Source: Eutreptiella sp. 'Long Island Sound 2002' (taxonomy: Eukaryota > Protista > Euglenida). Taken from it: a DNA stretch of 64,000 nucleotides. The notes below the pieces were generated by a model that worked only from the letters and a program-made list of their open reading frames with translations, did not search any database and was not told the DNA's origin. The stretch spans positions 19,344,001 to 19,408,000 of the forward strand of contig OZ038379.1 of the NCBI GenBank assembly GCA_964036045.1, written 5' to 3'. This document shows positions 1 to 12,689 of the stretch, piece after piece; the first letter of the stretch is position 1; every line of letters starts with the position of its first letter. A program made the position numbers and the translations under genes.

Positions 1-4
1 GCTC

Positions 5-226
5 TTACACGTGCTCGGTAAAAAGGTTGAGCAGGGCACGGCAGTGGCCCCAGCTAGAAATAAGGCAAAAAATCATCTTCCACCGGGCGGAATGTGTGTG
101 GAATGCGCTGTCATGGTGCGCAATGTGTGCAGCATGAGTTATCATGCTGCGGAATAGGTCCCCGCTACTTGGGTCATTACTTGGGACTCTCATCCAAAAC
201 AAAACCTTTATACAGCCTGCATACAT
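5..226 (-). mobile_element. Ty3/Gypsy-like integrase zinc-binding (HHCC) region remnant
   Basis: Translation LFRSMITHAAHIAHHDSAFHTHSARWKM..LISSW resembles the LR..I...AHDS...GH.G..KT...I...W pattern of LTR-retrotransposon integrase N-termini. It is degenerate and cut by the window edge. Confidence 0.4.
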
Positions 227-823
227 GTTTCCTCTTGTATCCCTCGTTTTTTGTAGACTAAAGTGTTTTTGTTAGTCATGGACTCCCTAAAGGCTGTGCT
301 ATCATGGCTACAAGGGCAAGGTGAGCTCCCCACACGACGTGATTTAGAACGGGATATTCACTTGTATGGAAGGCGGTTCACCCAAGAGCACATCGAGAAC
401 GCAACGTGGAAGGTGGATTAGGCCAAGATTTGGTGGCTGCGCGATTGGTTGCAGGTCATGCCTCAGGGTTTCTTGTTAGAATTGCCCCCTCTTTCACCTC
501 CTCCGACTCCTCTGCTACGTGCGTAGTAGTAGTAGTAGTAGCGTTGGCACATGGTTGGTAGAGGATTGGAAGAGGGTTGGCAGAAGTTTGGCAGAGTGGC
601 AGAGGGTTGATAAATATGATGTCATCCATGCTCCGAATTGTGGTTTGCTATGGCTTTGTGAATTCGGGCTACTTATTTGGTAGCTGCTACGCAACTCCGG
701 CATAATTCTTCCTCTTTAACAGCTAGGGCTTGACCAGTTCAAATGTCCTCGCACAACACAAAATGTGGCAGTGGTCCCACTTGTGCAGCCTAGTAGCCAT
801 ATGGGCCAGTACTAAGTCTTGAT

Positions 824-1230
824 GCCAAAAGCTGGGTCATTCTACATGATGCCGACATGCGGAAAAATCAAAAAGGTATACATCTCGTACCCTGTCAAGA
901 TGCCCTATCGAGGAGAAATCCAGGGGGCGAAAAAGAATCAAGGAATAAAACCAGTTGAATAACCTCTAATCTCCCAACATCCAAACAACGAGGAAGCATA
1001 CCTCGTGTCATTTCAGCGTACCCACATCCGGGAGTACTCAAACTAGCTACATTACCCCTACCTAATAGGGTTTGGGTACAAAAAGCAACTAAATCGCCAA
1101 TGTCAAATGCAATCCCAGTGCCAACACAACATATCCACTCTCCACGCTGGCAAATTTGGGAGAAACTGAAATGCCAATTCACTCGTGCCATGACGGGATC
1201 CTACATTCTGGAGAAATCAAAGTGGCCATA
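824..1230 (+). mobile_element. Ty3/Gypsy pol remnant (RNase H C-terminus, integrase Zn-binding region and start of core)
   Basis: One frame with a single internal TGA reads KSWVILHDADM..KG..VPCQDALSRR (cf. RW.L.L..FD...KG..N..ADALSR), then SAYPHPGVLKL...NRVW (cf. H.HPG..K....R..WWP), then GSYILEKSKWP (cf. G..YL..VD..SKWP). Confidence 0.6.
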
Positions 1231-1536
1231 TGACCCTTGCTTGACACTTCTAGGTGTGGCGGGTAAAGGCGGAGGAGATAGACGGGGAGGAAAAGGATTT
1301 CGAAGCCCTTTTGGAGGACGTCAAATGAAGCCCTGGTTGCAAGCCTACAGAGGAATGTAAGGGGCATTTGCAAAAAGTGCATGGTTTGAAGGATGGAGAG
1401 CAATCAAAGTGGCGACATCTCGTGTGGCTTTTGCGGCTCACCACAAGGCACAAGATGAAAGGTGTAGAGATAAATGTTGCCTTCTTGTTTACCCATACGG
1501 AGGACAAATTAAGGTTTCCATCTAAACACTACCTTC

Positions 1537-1900
1537 TTAGCATCGCCAAATCGGTGAGGACTCCCATTGCCTAAAACAGCCATGGCCTCTCATGCTCCCC
1601 ACATTAGGCAATAGCCTATGGTGTGTGGTACGGTGCATGTTGTTCAACATATGACTCACGGTGAAGAGAAATGCGCATTGGGAGTCGTAGACGCTTTGTT
1701 GTACGGTTGGCCATCCCGTCATCTCCACTGTTCTGCCTATAATTTGTGGCAAGCTTCCGAAAGCCGTTAGCATATGGATGATGCGAAGTCGGAGAGTGTT
1801 GTCTATTACAAGTGGGCTTTGTGAACAACTCAACCACAAAGTTCATACCTACATGGACAACACTTGGGGAAAACAGAAATGTGGCAACACCAATCATGGA
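1537..1900 (-). mobile_element. LTR-retrotransposon integrase core remnant, frameshifted
   Basis: NFVVELFTKPTC..HSPTSHHPYANG (cf. F.S.F.......H..TS.YHPQ.NG). A second frame then gives AFLFTVSHMLNNMHRTTHH..P (cf. A.FA.N...H.TT...P). Confidence 0.55.
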
Positions 1901-4270
1901 GGGCAACATGATGCCACACAAGTATGTCATCATTAAAGGGGGGGGGGGGGGTTCACAGAATGTTGGTAGGAAACCCTACAGTGTACACGCGTCGGGTGTG
2001 TGATTTTGATGTGATGGCCTTGGCGACTACATTCAAGCACTACGGTCCACCTCGTCATGGTATTGCATGATACCTTGGTAACGCCTTTTGCACTGTCGCA
2101 TATGCCACGCCTAATCCAAAATTAAAGGTAAACAAAAATCAAAATTGACCATAACGTGTTTGAATAATATTGGTGGTTAACAATGTCTTCATTAAGAAAC
2201 ATTGTATTATAAAAATGGCAAATGTCAAGTTCCACTAATGCAAAATTCTAGAGATCGCTGTTGCATGTGTCCATTATGTGATGTGTTTCAGACTACATTG
2301 AAGCACATCTCAACTACGGCATAGTTTGTCATGGCATTTCACGATGCCTTGTTGTTCCCTTTTTTCAACTCTATCGTTGAATGCCGCCACCTGAACCAAA
2401 CACGAAATTGAAAATGGACCGCAACCAAACTTAATTAAGCCGATAATTGGGCACGTTTGTTGAGCCAAACAATAAACTTTGCAATCATTGAGAAACATAA
2501 GGTAAAAGGCTGTCCATGCAGGTAGATTGTTGTTGACATAACCAAATGAGTTGCACCGCACAACGCAACGCCAACTATCATCATGGGCTACAGGCATTCT
2601 TTGCGATGCCCTTTGGCTACAGCTACGACACCATATCCAACATGATGAACAACTTGAGCGAGTATCAGCTACGAACACACCGGGGGTAGAGCTGACCCAG
2701 ATGATCCAAGAAAGGTTCGAAGCCACTTTGTGGCGAAGTCAAAGCATCATTGGCAACTGATGTGGTTTGCTCCGCGCTTGCAGCAAGGCAAAACATGGCA
2801 AAGAAAAAGTGTGTCCAGCATGAGGGTCAGGATCATGCTCTATCATTCAAAACATGACGTCATGGCCCCAAGCCCCCCCCCCAAGCGCCCCCCCCAAAAA
2901 TCGGCCCTCTGGAGCCCTCACTCCCAATCCCCTCCTGGAACCCCCGCCCTTCAACCCCCCCCGCCCCAGGTGTCCTCCGGCCGGTAGTTAGTTTGGGGGG
3001 GAGGGGGGTTGCCCAAACCCGAGGCCCCCTCGTTCGTCGCAGGGTGCTATATCACCCCTCTTTAGGGTCAATGGTGCAAACTGTCCCTTTTTTTCCACCG
3101 GCCAGATTTGAAATTTGCAACTACCCAAACTACCCCTTTTTTAGAGTGAGCTGAAAAATTTTGTTAACACCCCCATGTAGAGAAGTCGAAAGTCGCCCCT
3201 CCCCCCCTCTGTAATCATCCCCCTCCTCCCAACTACTTCTTCCCCCGGTTGGAATCCGGAAGAGAGAGACAAGGAGCGGCAGGGCGGTGACACCCGCGAA
3301 GCCAAAATCTCAATGGCACAAGCACGGGCAGAGAAACAAAGCCGACACAGACGGGGCAGAACACATGCTAGACAAGAGTTCGGTCATCATAAGCAAGACT
3401 TGGATCGTCATAGGCAAGATTCGGGTCATGATGGGGCAAAAGAAGTCTCACAGGTTGCACAAGGTGAATTGGGGAACTTTTTTGGATAGCACCCCACGAC
3501 TCGGCGCATGACCCTTTCAATCCCATTCAGCAATTTTCATTTTGTCGGAATATCGAAATGCTTTCTAAGCATGTGTCCGCTTCGTTCATTGAGCTAGGCT
3601 CCTTCGACCAGCTGCAAAGTGTTGGAAAGTGCAAAGGCGCCTCGAGCCCAGTCATGCAATGGCTTTGCCTAGGCCTGGGGCGTTTTGATTGTAACCGTGT
3701 GAGAGCCTTATCCTCGCGTGATTTCATGAGGAGCAGTTTCTGTCCATCTTGTGGACCCAAGGTGAAGGCGTTGATGCCAAATACCACTAGCAGCCTGAGG
3801 GATGTGATGCACGTCTTCGATTGGCAAACCTACAACACCGTGGAACGGTGTCGCGTGGACATCAACGGCGTGATTTTTGAGGCACTGATGACTAGTCTGG
3901 TGAGCGCCGTACTTCGCTTTGCAGAGGAGAGTCAGCTCCACACAAGTGTGCGCGTGTTGCATGTCACACAACAGAACGTGCTGGGGTATTGAACTTGCCT
4001 GTGCCGTTTCAAGACTTTTCACCACCGTCCTAAACTTGTTAATGCCTTTTCCGAAGTTGGCAGTGCATCTATAGGACTTGACGCGAACGTTTAGCCAAGT
4101 GCATTTTCTGAACTTGCCAGTGCCTTGTGACATGTGGTTACGACATGTGTCCTGCCCGAAGGGATGTGTCATGCCCGAAGGGAAATGGTTGTGACATGTG
4201 TCATGCCCCTCGGGAAATGGTTATTTATAAATTGGCCTTTGTCCCTTTGCCCCCCTTCAGGATTAGGCAT

Positions 4271-4480
4271 GAGGGCTTTCAATCTAGTCTAGAGGGCTCT
4301 GAACCTAGTTTGGAGGGCTTACAATGTACCCTGAAGCGCTTTCAAACTAGTCTACTCGGCTTCCAATGTTCCTTGGAGTGCTTTCATCCTAGTCTAGAGG
4401 GCTTCTAACCTAGTCTAGTCGGCTCCCAACTTGGTATAAATGAAAGTGCTCTGAACCTAGCCTAAAGGGCTTTGAACCTT
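4271..4480 (-). repeat. Degenerate 21-bp minisatellite, a decayed coiled-coil heptad-coding tract
   Basis: About 9 units like GAGGGCTTTCAATCTAGTCTA. The minus strand reads *TRLEAL*TRMKALQGTLEAE*TSLKALQGTL*ALQTRFRAL*TRLKAL. Confidence 0.75.
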
Positions 4481-4594
4481 CTCCCCCGACCCCTCTACAT
4501 CATTAAGGGGGATAATGTGAATTTTGCATGTGCTTAGCAACAGAGCAATCAAAACATCGTAATAACAATGCCACACGCGTTGCAATTGAGACAA

Positions 4595-6070
4595 CTAGAG
4601 CCATGCACTAGTCGCCGGGTTTGCTTTGAAATTCATTGTGCGCACAATTGTGCGTCTTTGTTTCAACCTATCGCACTCACCTGCACAACACATGCCATGC
4701 TCAGATGTATCCAATTCTTGATACCCATCGAAACACTTTGAGGCATCATGAAACCGGTGATAGAGATTGACCGCTGCGCGAATCCATTTTGTGAGTTTTG
4801 TGTGCTTGTGTTTACAACTACATTCAAGCAAGTCTCCACTCCCGCATGCCTTTTCATAGCATTCCACAATGTGTTGCCGATTCCTTTTTTCGGCGAACTT
4901 GCGGCTCTTGATCATCAACCTCCACGGCCTGAGGTAAGGTGAATCGATGATGTGTCTTGTTTCCGTGAAGCTGTTTAACATCCGTGCCCTTTGTGTTTTC
5001 ATTGACCCCATTGAAATACTAGTGCGCACCATACAAAGGAAATTTTTGAGCCCCACGGGACGAAACGGGTGTCCTTGGGTTTTTGATGTTCCGAGCAATG
5101 GACAACTTTTCAAAAAATGCGAAGAAAAACGTGGACGGACAATGAGATAGTCCAAAAAGGACTTTGCCGTGTGACATTTTCTAGCTAGTTCTAGTATAGG
5201 GGGCGCCGCATGACGAGAAAGATACAAAACAACATCGGGGTGATCATGGTTCTCGCGCCCCCGTGCCCCCCCCCCCCCCCCCCCCTGGCCGCAAATGATG
5301 ATTATACACTGCTCTTCATACCACCATGCTCCTCGGACATCAGCCACGATTGGGCATGGGGTCTGTTGACTCAAGCCTCGTTGTCTCCGGTACCACGCAT
5401 GCGGCACGTGCGGCAACTCTTGGCGCTCATTCGAAGAAATCCCACTCTGAGACGAGGACATGTGGGATGCGGCCGTGTGGGACAAGGACGTTTCGGACGA
5501 AGGCATCTAGGAAAGAGACGTTTCGTAGGCCACACTCAAAAAAGCAAACGCCCACCATGTGAAGCTGGAAGCAGGTCAAAAGTGGTGGTCACTAAAAAGA
5601 AAACCTTGCATACCTTTGCCCTCACAAGGTCGCCGACGCGTCTTAAAATGACAGCGTGTGATGATCGGAATGTCAAGGGATATATCCTTTGGGAGGGGGG
5701 GACGGAAAATACATGGTTGTGTGCAAAAAGTGTGGCCATTGTTTGCCGTCATCTTATTTTGTTGAATGAGTAATCCCGCTATTTCAAATCCACCACTGCC
5801 GCAGAACCCCGTTCCGCGAGGGGTTGTAACTGCCAAACGTTTTGGGTAGCCAGCACTTCCATTCGGCCACCTCGGCCCTGTGGAAACGAATCTGCTGCTA
5901 CGCATTCCGACAACAGACGTACAAGCAGCTTGGACTGCAAACTTCACGCCCCATGGCAAGATATGTGCCACGTAGTACACGCATTGAACAATGTGTGACA
6001 TTGTGGGCCATGGTGCTTGGGTATGTACTAGATTTGCACCTTGGCCCGCCTTGAGCATACCTTGCCCCAT
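4595..6070 (-). pseudogene. KDZ (Kyakuja/Dileera/Zisupton)-like transposase, decayed
   Basis: ORFs 5576-6070 and 4595-5506 are in the same frame, separated by two stops. The C-terminal part reads GLKNFLCM...MGSMKTQRA..., ECYEKAC (cf. YDxAC), AVNLYHRFHDASKCFDGY (cf. VD.FH..H...C...Y), then RLKQ....RTMNF. Motif spacing was matched by eye only. Confidence 0.45.
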
Positions 6071-6846
6071 TCTTGTGGTCTGATGTCATCAACCCTCTAC
6101 GGAATCCGCCATGTTGCTAAAGATGATGTTGTGGCCTCGTGCGCGAGGCTACTTGTGCTGTTGCACAACTATTTCGGCTAATCGGAGCGGTGGATGCTTG
6201 TTGTCACTCCTCTGCCTTGAATTTTTGCGATGTTGTTCAGCCACATGTAGAATTTTAAGTGTTGCTTCGGTGTCCTCTTCCTATTTCGATGGTGGTCCAC
6301 GTTTGGTCCCTCAATTTATTTTCTTGGATTGTTGATTCACCTAGGGCTTCCAGATCTACGTTTTTGGTTGCTTCTACACGCCATGGTACAGTGTCGCTGA
6401 GTTGCTCCTCCGCTGCTTGTTGGATCTTCCTTTGGGGTCGGGGGGGGGGGGGGTGTACATCCCCACACCAGTTTTGGTCCATATGGAGGCAGCACTCATT
6501 CGCGGATGCTTTCGTAATGCATGGACCCGTATAAGCGAGAGGGGTGGCACTTTAGGTGCGGTAAATGGGTGATGAGATCCTTCCGAGGTTTTGACACACC
6601 CACGGGGGCTCGGTATTGGTATTTGCCTAGAATTCCAGTGATGAATTTCTTGTCCTCAGGTGGAATGGGGTGCAAAAAGGATCGAGGGGCCATATATCCG
6701 TATCCCCAACTCAAGGGGCAAGACCGAAGTGTCGGAGTCCGCATCGGCCTCCAATGTGGAGGAGAGAACCGTGAACCTGTTATCGTCAATGGCACCAGAA
6801 GGTTAACAAATTGGCCCAGTTTCCTCAATGGCACCGGAAAATTGAA

Positions 6847-6884
6847 GGCCCACAATTGGGCTGATTGGCTACATCACCCCTGCC
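6847..6884 (-). repeat. Dispersed single relative of the 85-bp satellite monomer
   Basis: GGCCCACAATTGGGCTGATTGGCTACATCACCCCTGCC matches the reverse complement of the satellite core GGCAGGGGTGAGGTAGCCAATTTGCCCACTTGTGGGCC. Confidence 0.75.
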
Positions 6885-8469
6885 TTCCCCATGGTCGGGA
6901 GTGATCAACGTGAATCAACGTAAAAAAAAAGAGTGCATGTGGTGAAAATGAGCAATAATGGACCGTGGGGGGAGTGGCTACATCACCCGGCATTCCACTT
7001 CAGCCCAAGCCCAAGCTTCCGGCCAACACACACGGGTAAATGAGGGGGGTGGGGGGCTAAAAAAAGAAAAAAGAGTCCCTAAGGGGCGTATTGCCCAGTG
7101 TAGAGGGGTGGAGTATGGAAAAGTAGGAAATACATTAACGTCGAATTGTTTCCTTTGCTTGCTGTCGGAATGATCCCTAACGCGCGCCGCGGCCGCGCCG
7201 CAGGGGTGTAGCCCCCTATGGCCACGGGCTCGTGCAAGAAAAAGGCCATGTACACCACTCAATGGATGTAAGGCTGCATGAGCCCATTTATAGGTGCTCT
7301 TGGATAGCCACCACCACCATTGGTTTTTACCGGCCCACGGGGTGCCTTGATGCGGGGGTCCCATTGGGAACTATGCTTCCTCCACTGTGGGATATGCACG
7401 CAAAGTTGAGGTGCGTGTTTTAGATATGGGCTAAGAACATTGTCTAAGTGGTCCAAGATCCCCGTGAGAAGGCAGACGTCATCGCCTTGGACGGGAGTGA
7501 GGCCAAAGAGGACCACTCACCCTCTAGACCCCAACCCACCTACCCAGCTTGTGGAGTACGCGCCGTCAGAGCAGCCCACAAACAACCTGCCCACCCTGCC
7601 CCCATCTAGCTCCCGGAACAAGACAACAAGGTGCCCTTGCCAAATGCATGTGGCAGTCAAGCCGCGGTGCCGGATTCATGGTGCCGTGCACCCACACTCA
7701 AAACTTCTACGGGGTCACATCACTACCGAAGTACCCGAGCTTTTGTAGCCCAGCGTTCACGCGCCCCTACATGTGCGCACCCGCCCGAAGAAGTGCCTGT
7801 CTTGCGGGGTAGATTGGGCTGACATTCTTTCGGCGGCGGCCCATCGACATGCCATGCTTTGGCGGGTGTCCTACCCATCCATCACGCCCCTCTATTCTCT
7901 CTTGTGGTTTGAGACCACGAATTGGGTGTGCAATGCTTGACACCAAGTATTTGGCTAATGATTCTGGTTGTGATTCTAATTCTACTCCTAATCTTGGCAG
8001 TCCTTCCCCAAGTGTAGCAACATCTGGTGGGTCACCAGATGAGGATGGTGCGCCAATTTCAAGGTGCAGTGTCACCTTGGACACCAAGACTACTTCAGAT
8101 TTGATGTTTCTCACATCAGTTGATAGTGACCTCTTTACACACCCTGCCTTCCTGGTTTCCCTTCCATGGCTTATTTCCACGTTTGGTGAAGGGTTTTGTG
8201 GTCTACACCCTGAAGAATCAGTCCACAATTTTTGGGGAATGGCCCATTGCCGATCAGGAATTACCACAAGACTTGTGCGCAGCAAGGGGTAAAAAAACAA
8301 CAAAAAGAAAACATTTTGATCCTAGAAGCATTTATCAGTTGCCCCAAGGGTGATCACCGCAGAAACTCTTTGTGTTCACGAATATCATCACCCTTAAGCA
8401 TCACCAATGGCGAAATTTGTTTGTTCAACGGATGCGTGCATTGCTATTTTTCTGAGGGGCAGGGGGCTT

Positions 8470-9155
8470 AGCGCAGTGTGCGCGCACTGCAACTATTTGG
8501 GTGTCTGGTCGTACTAGAAACACATACTTCTTGATTCTAGGGGCATCATTGTTGTTTGACAACAGGTTTTTGATGCTTCCTCCGCACTGGGCATATGGCA
8601 TATCTGCGCTTTCACCCAGTTTCACCAATTTTCACCCATTTTCACCCCTTTTCACAATCTTTGCTCATTTCCCCGCATTTTCTCCTTTCTAGGTTGTTTT
8701 TTGGTTGTGAAGGGAAAGGTAGAGCCTGACGGCCGGGAGGTTTGGTCCCTCTTGCAATGTTGGACTGACAGGGTTCCATTGTTAGGTGAGGATGCCCAGG
8801 TTTATGCTGCCATTGTAGCCATGCGCATACCGGTTGCCAAAATGTACAGCACCATGCACCATGTACCAACCAGAGGCACTACAAAGCACCTGTGGTTGCT
8901 AGGGCCTTTCGCCAGCATGTGTGACACCGTAAAAAGTCTCCCTACCTAAACTGGCTTGAGCACGATGCTCTCGCCACTCTAACCCACATCAAGCACTTTG
9001 GGTTGGGTATGTCTTATGGGAAAGGAAGGTAGCTTGCCAGCGTCTCGAGCTAGGGTTGCCGGGGTGGCCTAATTTTGAAGGTGTTTGGAAAGGGTGTGTC
9101 TGGGGCTCTCCAGGGGAGGGGGGACTTGGTCTAAAAGTAGCGTGCAGTGCAAGGA
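8470..9155. mobile_element. ~700-bp dispersed non-coding element, copy 1 (possible MITE)
   Basis: Shares ordered blocks (GCA[C/G]TGCAACTATTT, GGGCATCATTG, TTCACCC repeats, GGAAGGTAGCTTG, CCTAATT..GGTGTTT, GTCTAAAAGTAG.G.GCAGTGCAAGG) with 54676-55390 and 60260-60900. The left end GCACTGCAACTATTT is an imperfect inverted match to the right end AAAGTAGCGTGCAGTGC. Confidence 0.6.
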
Positions 9156-9529
9156 TTCTCCTTGGGCATTGGTACCGTTCCTTTATGGGGCTTGCTAGTA
9201 GCTCCCCTGTGCGTACCTTTTGGAAGTCCTACTGCTGGGGTTCATTTCTGTTTGGTAGTGTGCTGGCCAGTGCCGATTCGATTCGAGATTGTGTGTCTTG
9301 TGTGGTGTTAATGTTTGCTGCCAACATTTGCTTCCGGAAGGAATGCCGTTGTTTGGACCCTCAGGTTCAATCCAAACCAACTGCTACAACGCGGCTGCAG
9401 AGGAAGTGCAATATGTTCTCATTTTCTCATGGCTCATCTACCTCCGGTAGCTCATTCCTCGGCGGGCACAATGCCCAGCCCAATACTTCAATGTTTCACT
9501 GGGGGGTTGGATGCACTGCACCGTCAAAG

Positions 9530-9800
9530 ATTGCGTTTCATGACGTCATCAACCCCCATCACCCCATCACAAAGTGGTGGGAGCCCGAGCTGCACCCCAT
9601 GGCCGATGCTCGGAGCACCTTCCGGTACGCCGCCCAATCAGTGCCCCTGGACTCCGAAGAAGGCCAACATGTTCAGGGGAAGCTGTTCTCCACGGATCCT
9701 TCTACGAACCTCCACGCCGTGTGGCGGCTGCAGAACCGGAGGGTGCTGAACAAGTGGAACGCGTACTACACGGAGCTGCAGGAGGACCTGAGGGAGGATT
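9530..9800 (+). CDS. Exon or fragment encoding the N-terminal part of a PARP-type ADP-ribosyltransferase catalytic domain
   Basis: GC3-rich island after an AG at 9528-9529, reading WWEPELHPM...SVPLDSEEGQHVQGKLFST...LHAVWRLQNRRVLNKWNAYYTEL (cf. V.L..S.EY..V...F..T...I..I.RIQN..LW..Y). The downstream LFHG motif is not present nearby. Confidence 0.55.
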
Positions 9801-12689
9801 GTATTCTATTCCTTGTCAGTGATCGGAATCTTACACACTTGCTCTGTTGCGTGAAGAATGGCCCACCAACCCTCTGTAGAGAGCACCTTCAACACACAAG
9901 CCGCCAAAAAAAGACGTCGCACCAAGACAACAAGGAGGCAGAGGTTGTGGGAGTGGGGCACAGACTATGGAGCTCTATGGAGCAGCAACATGCATGGTTG
10001 TGAAGCATTAACCTACCATCAGACAACGCGGACAATGTAGAGGAGGACAACGAAGAAGAACATGTCCATGGGTATTCTTACTACTCATGCGACGCTCGGT
10101 CTTGCGTCCCTTGCAACAATAAGTGCCGCATGCGACATATATGGGTACCAAGTTACCACGCGCTTTCCATTGAACATGCAAGAGGGGGCACATGACACCA
10201 CCATACACGCCATGTTGCAATGCTCAACCAACAAGCATTGCATGTTGGGGAGAAAATTGCGAAGCACATTAACCCGTCTTTGCGCTTTTGAGGGGTGGAG
10301 TACCTTGCCAGTTGTGGTAGCCTGGTTTGTTTTTCAACTTGTGGACAAAAAGCATGCATCTCCAGCATTGCACCATGATGGCTTTTGTTTCATTGGCAAT
10401 TTTGTAGATGATAGTGACCAATGTGTATGCCCCGTGACCTCCATGCACCCAATATGACCTCGGAATCTTATTCACCACAAGATGTTGCATGCCGTGAATT
10501 AAAGAAAAAACAATCTTTAGTCACTGACTTCCTTGGCCCTAGAACGCCCACCGCGAAGGCTGTCATGCAGCTGCTTCAAGCTAATGGAGTTTGAAAGGCA
10601 GACTCCAGGTGATTGGTGGATGAGACGCGAAAAAGTGATGGACAAGACTCGGGATCAACAGCACAAACAGCCGCATGCACAACAATTAATGCTTGGAGCA
10701 AGCAATAATCAAAAGATGTCTCTCACCTAATCGTTGTGTTTGTATCACAAGGGCTGTTGTAGTACCTGGCGATGTAGAGTGGACCGGTAGATTGGACCAC
10801 ATCATAAGTGCCAATGAGACGGCCGCCGGAAAACAAATAGAGAGGAATGTACGACGGCATCTTCTTGAGATACACAACCACGGTAGACCACCGAATACAA
10901 TGGGAGGTTAAGCAACATAGCAGGCAACAAGTTTTTATGGTACTGGCACACGCATTACAACTTCAGTGCTGAGTTGAGCAGTTCTCACTAGCTCCCCCTT
11001 GTGGCTCATATGAGAAAGCGACAAAAACATGCCTGTTCAAGCTCTGGGGGCATACTCACCATGAGCACGTAAGTAGGGGAGGAAGCCAACAGGAACAAAC
11101 GCAACAAGGGGTGCATTGGGGCTAGCCAAGGAGGTTTCAAGGATGCTAAAACGGTGCTAGCTTGAGTCCATGATGTTTCCACACATGTGCACCCCTTGTT
11201 GTGTTTAACTTTTGTGCATCGTCCCAATCAAGACCTAAAAATTTTAGCTCCATTCGAAGCCCATCAAAGAATGTAGGAAACGATGGAAAACAACAAGTTT
11301 GAGATCATGGAAATATCCTCACCTCACCAACGATGAGCAACTTGCTGCATGCACAATCCATGTTTGTGCTAAACGACCAATTACTCTGAGTCTACGGAAG
11401 CATTCTTTCTGTCACGCAATTCCCGTACACTCTTTGCTTTTCACTCCGTCGTCAAATCATGCACTTGTCGAATGTAGGCAAAAAAATACATTTCGTGGTG
11501 GTGCTTGCATGCCTTATTGCACTCAATCTCATTAAACTTCCTAGTGTCCTTCTGTGGAAACACTGCAATCAAAAAACCCCACTCTTGGCCCTTTATGTTG
11601 GGAAGAGCACTCCATTGATATCCTCTCTCCAGGAATTGACCACGGATAATAGCCTCCAGAGAGACACGGCTGGCCACAATGTTTCTTGTAGAGCATCCAC
11701 CACTGTCTACAAATAGAGAAACCACTTTTTGCTGTCAAGCCCCTTATTCCTCTTGTGGGAATGAGTGTCCATATCGGATAGGGGTTGGTGTCTGTGGCCT
11801 AGTTTCCTTGGTGCTTGGTGCCCACTGCCAAAAATTGTCTTTTGCACCATGAAAAGGAAAACCTCGCCTAGAAATTACTTTGCTTTCCAATTCATGACGA
11901 GACACACGCATAAGCAAACAAAAGCAACAAGCGCATATTGCATGGAGATGACCCAAAGCTTGCACATCTGCCTTGCTGTATTCAACAAAAGGTCTTATGG
12001 TTTTTGCTTCGATCAACTTTAAACCTTTGGGATTCCCGGGGCCAAGGACTCATGCAAAATTACCCGACAAGGACCTTGCTTGCTTTCACCCTTTTAATTT
12101 GTTGCTTGACACTACTTGTCATGTGCTCTGCGATGTAACCCCTGTGTTCTCGCGGATCCCGAAAAATGGGAACAACATCACAAGTGGGCACATAACCCCC
12201 GCATTCTCATAGGCCCAAAGTTGGGCGGAATCGCTCTGTAACCCCTACTTTCTAAGGAGTCCGCACAAAAAGGGGAAAAAAGCCTATAGCAGGCCTCCCT
12301 TGTAGGGTGCCTAGAAATGGTCGGAACTGCTACACATCGCCTAGGTTCTTTGGTGTGCCCAAAAAAGAGAACTAATTTACAACTAGCTACAAAGGCCGTC
12401 CGTTCTCGGGAGGCGGAGTTGGGCGGGATGGTTGGGCAACCCCGGCTTTCCACAGGTCCCCAAAAAACCGAGGAGAAAATTAGAAGGGGGTATATCATCC
12501 ATGCCTTCTAGAGGGCCCACAAAGCAGGCGGGATGGCAACATGACGCGTGCCGTCTCAAGCTCCTCGAAAAAGGGAACAAAAATGTCCCGCATCAAGTGG
12601 GTGGAAAAAAGCCCCTTGGGGTGTTGGATAAGGGTGGTCCTTACAAAAAAAAAAGTGGGTCATTGAGGACCACCCTAAACCCGACCGCT

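Noticed and set aside
7767-8303. 147-178 aa overlapping ORFs
   Set aside because: No recognisable motif or codon bias; cannot be supported as genes.
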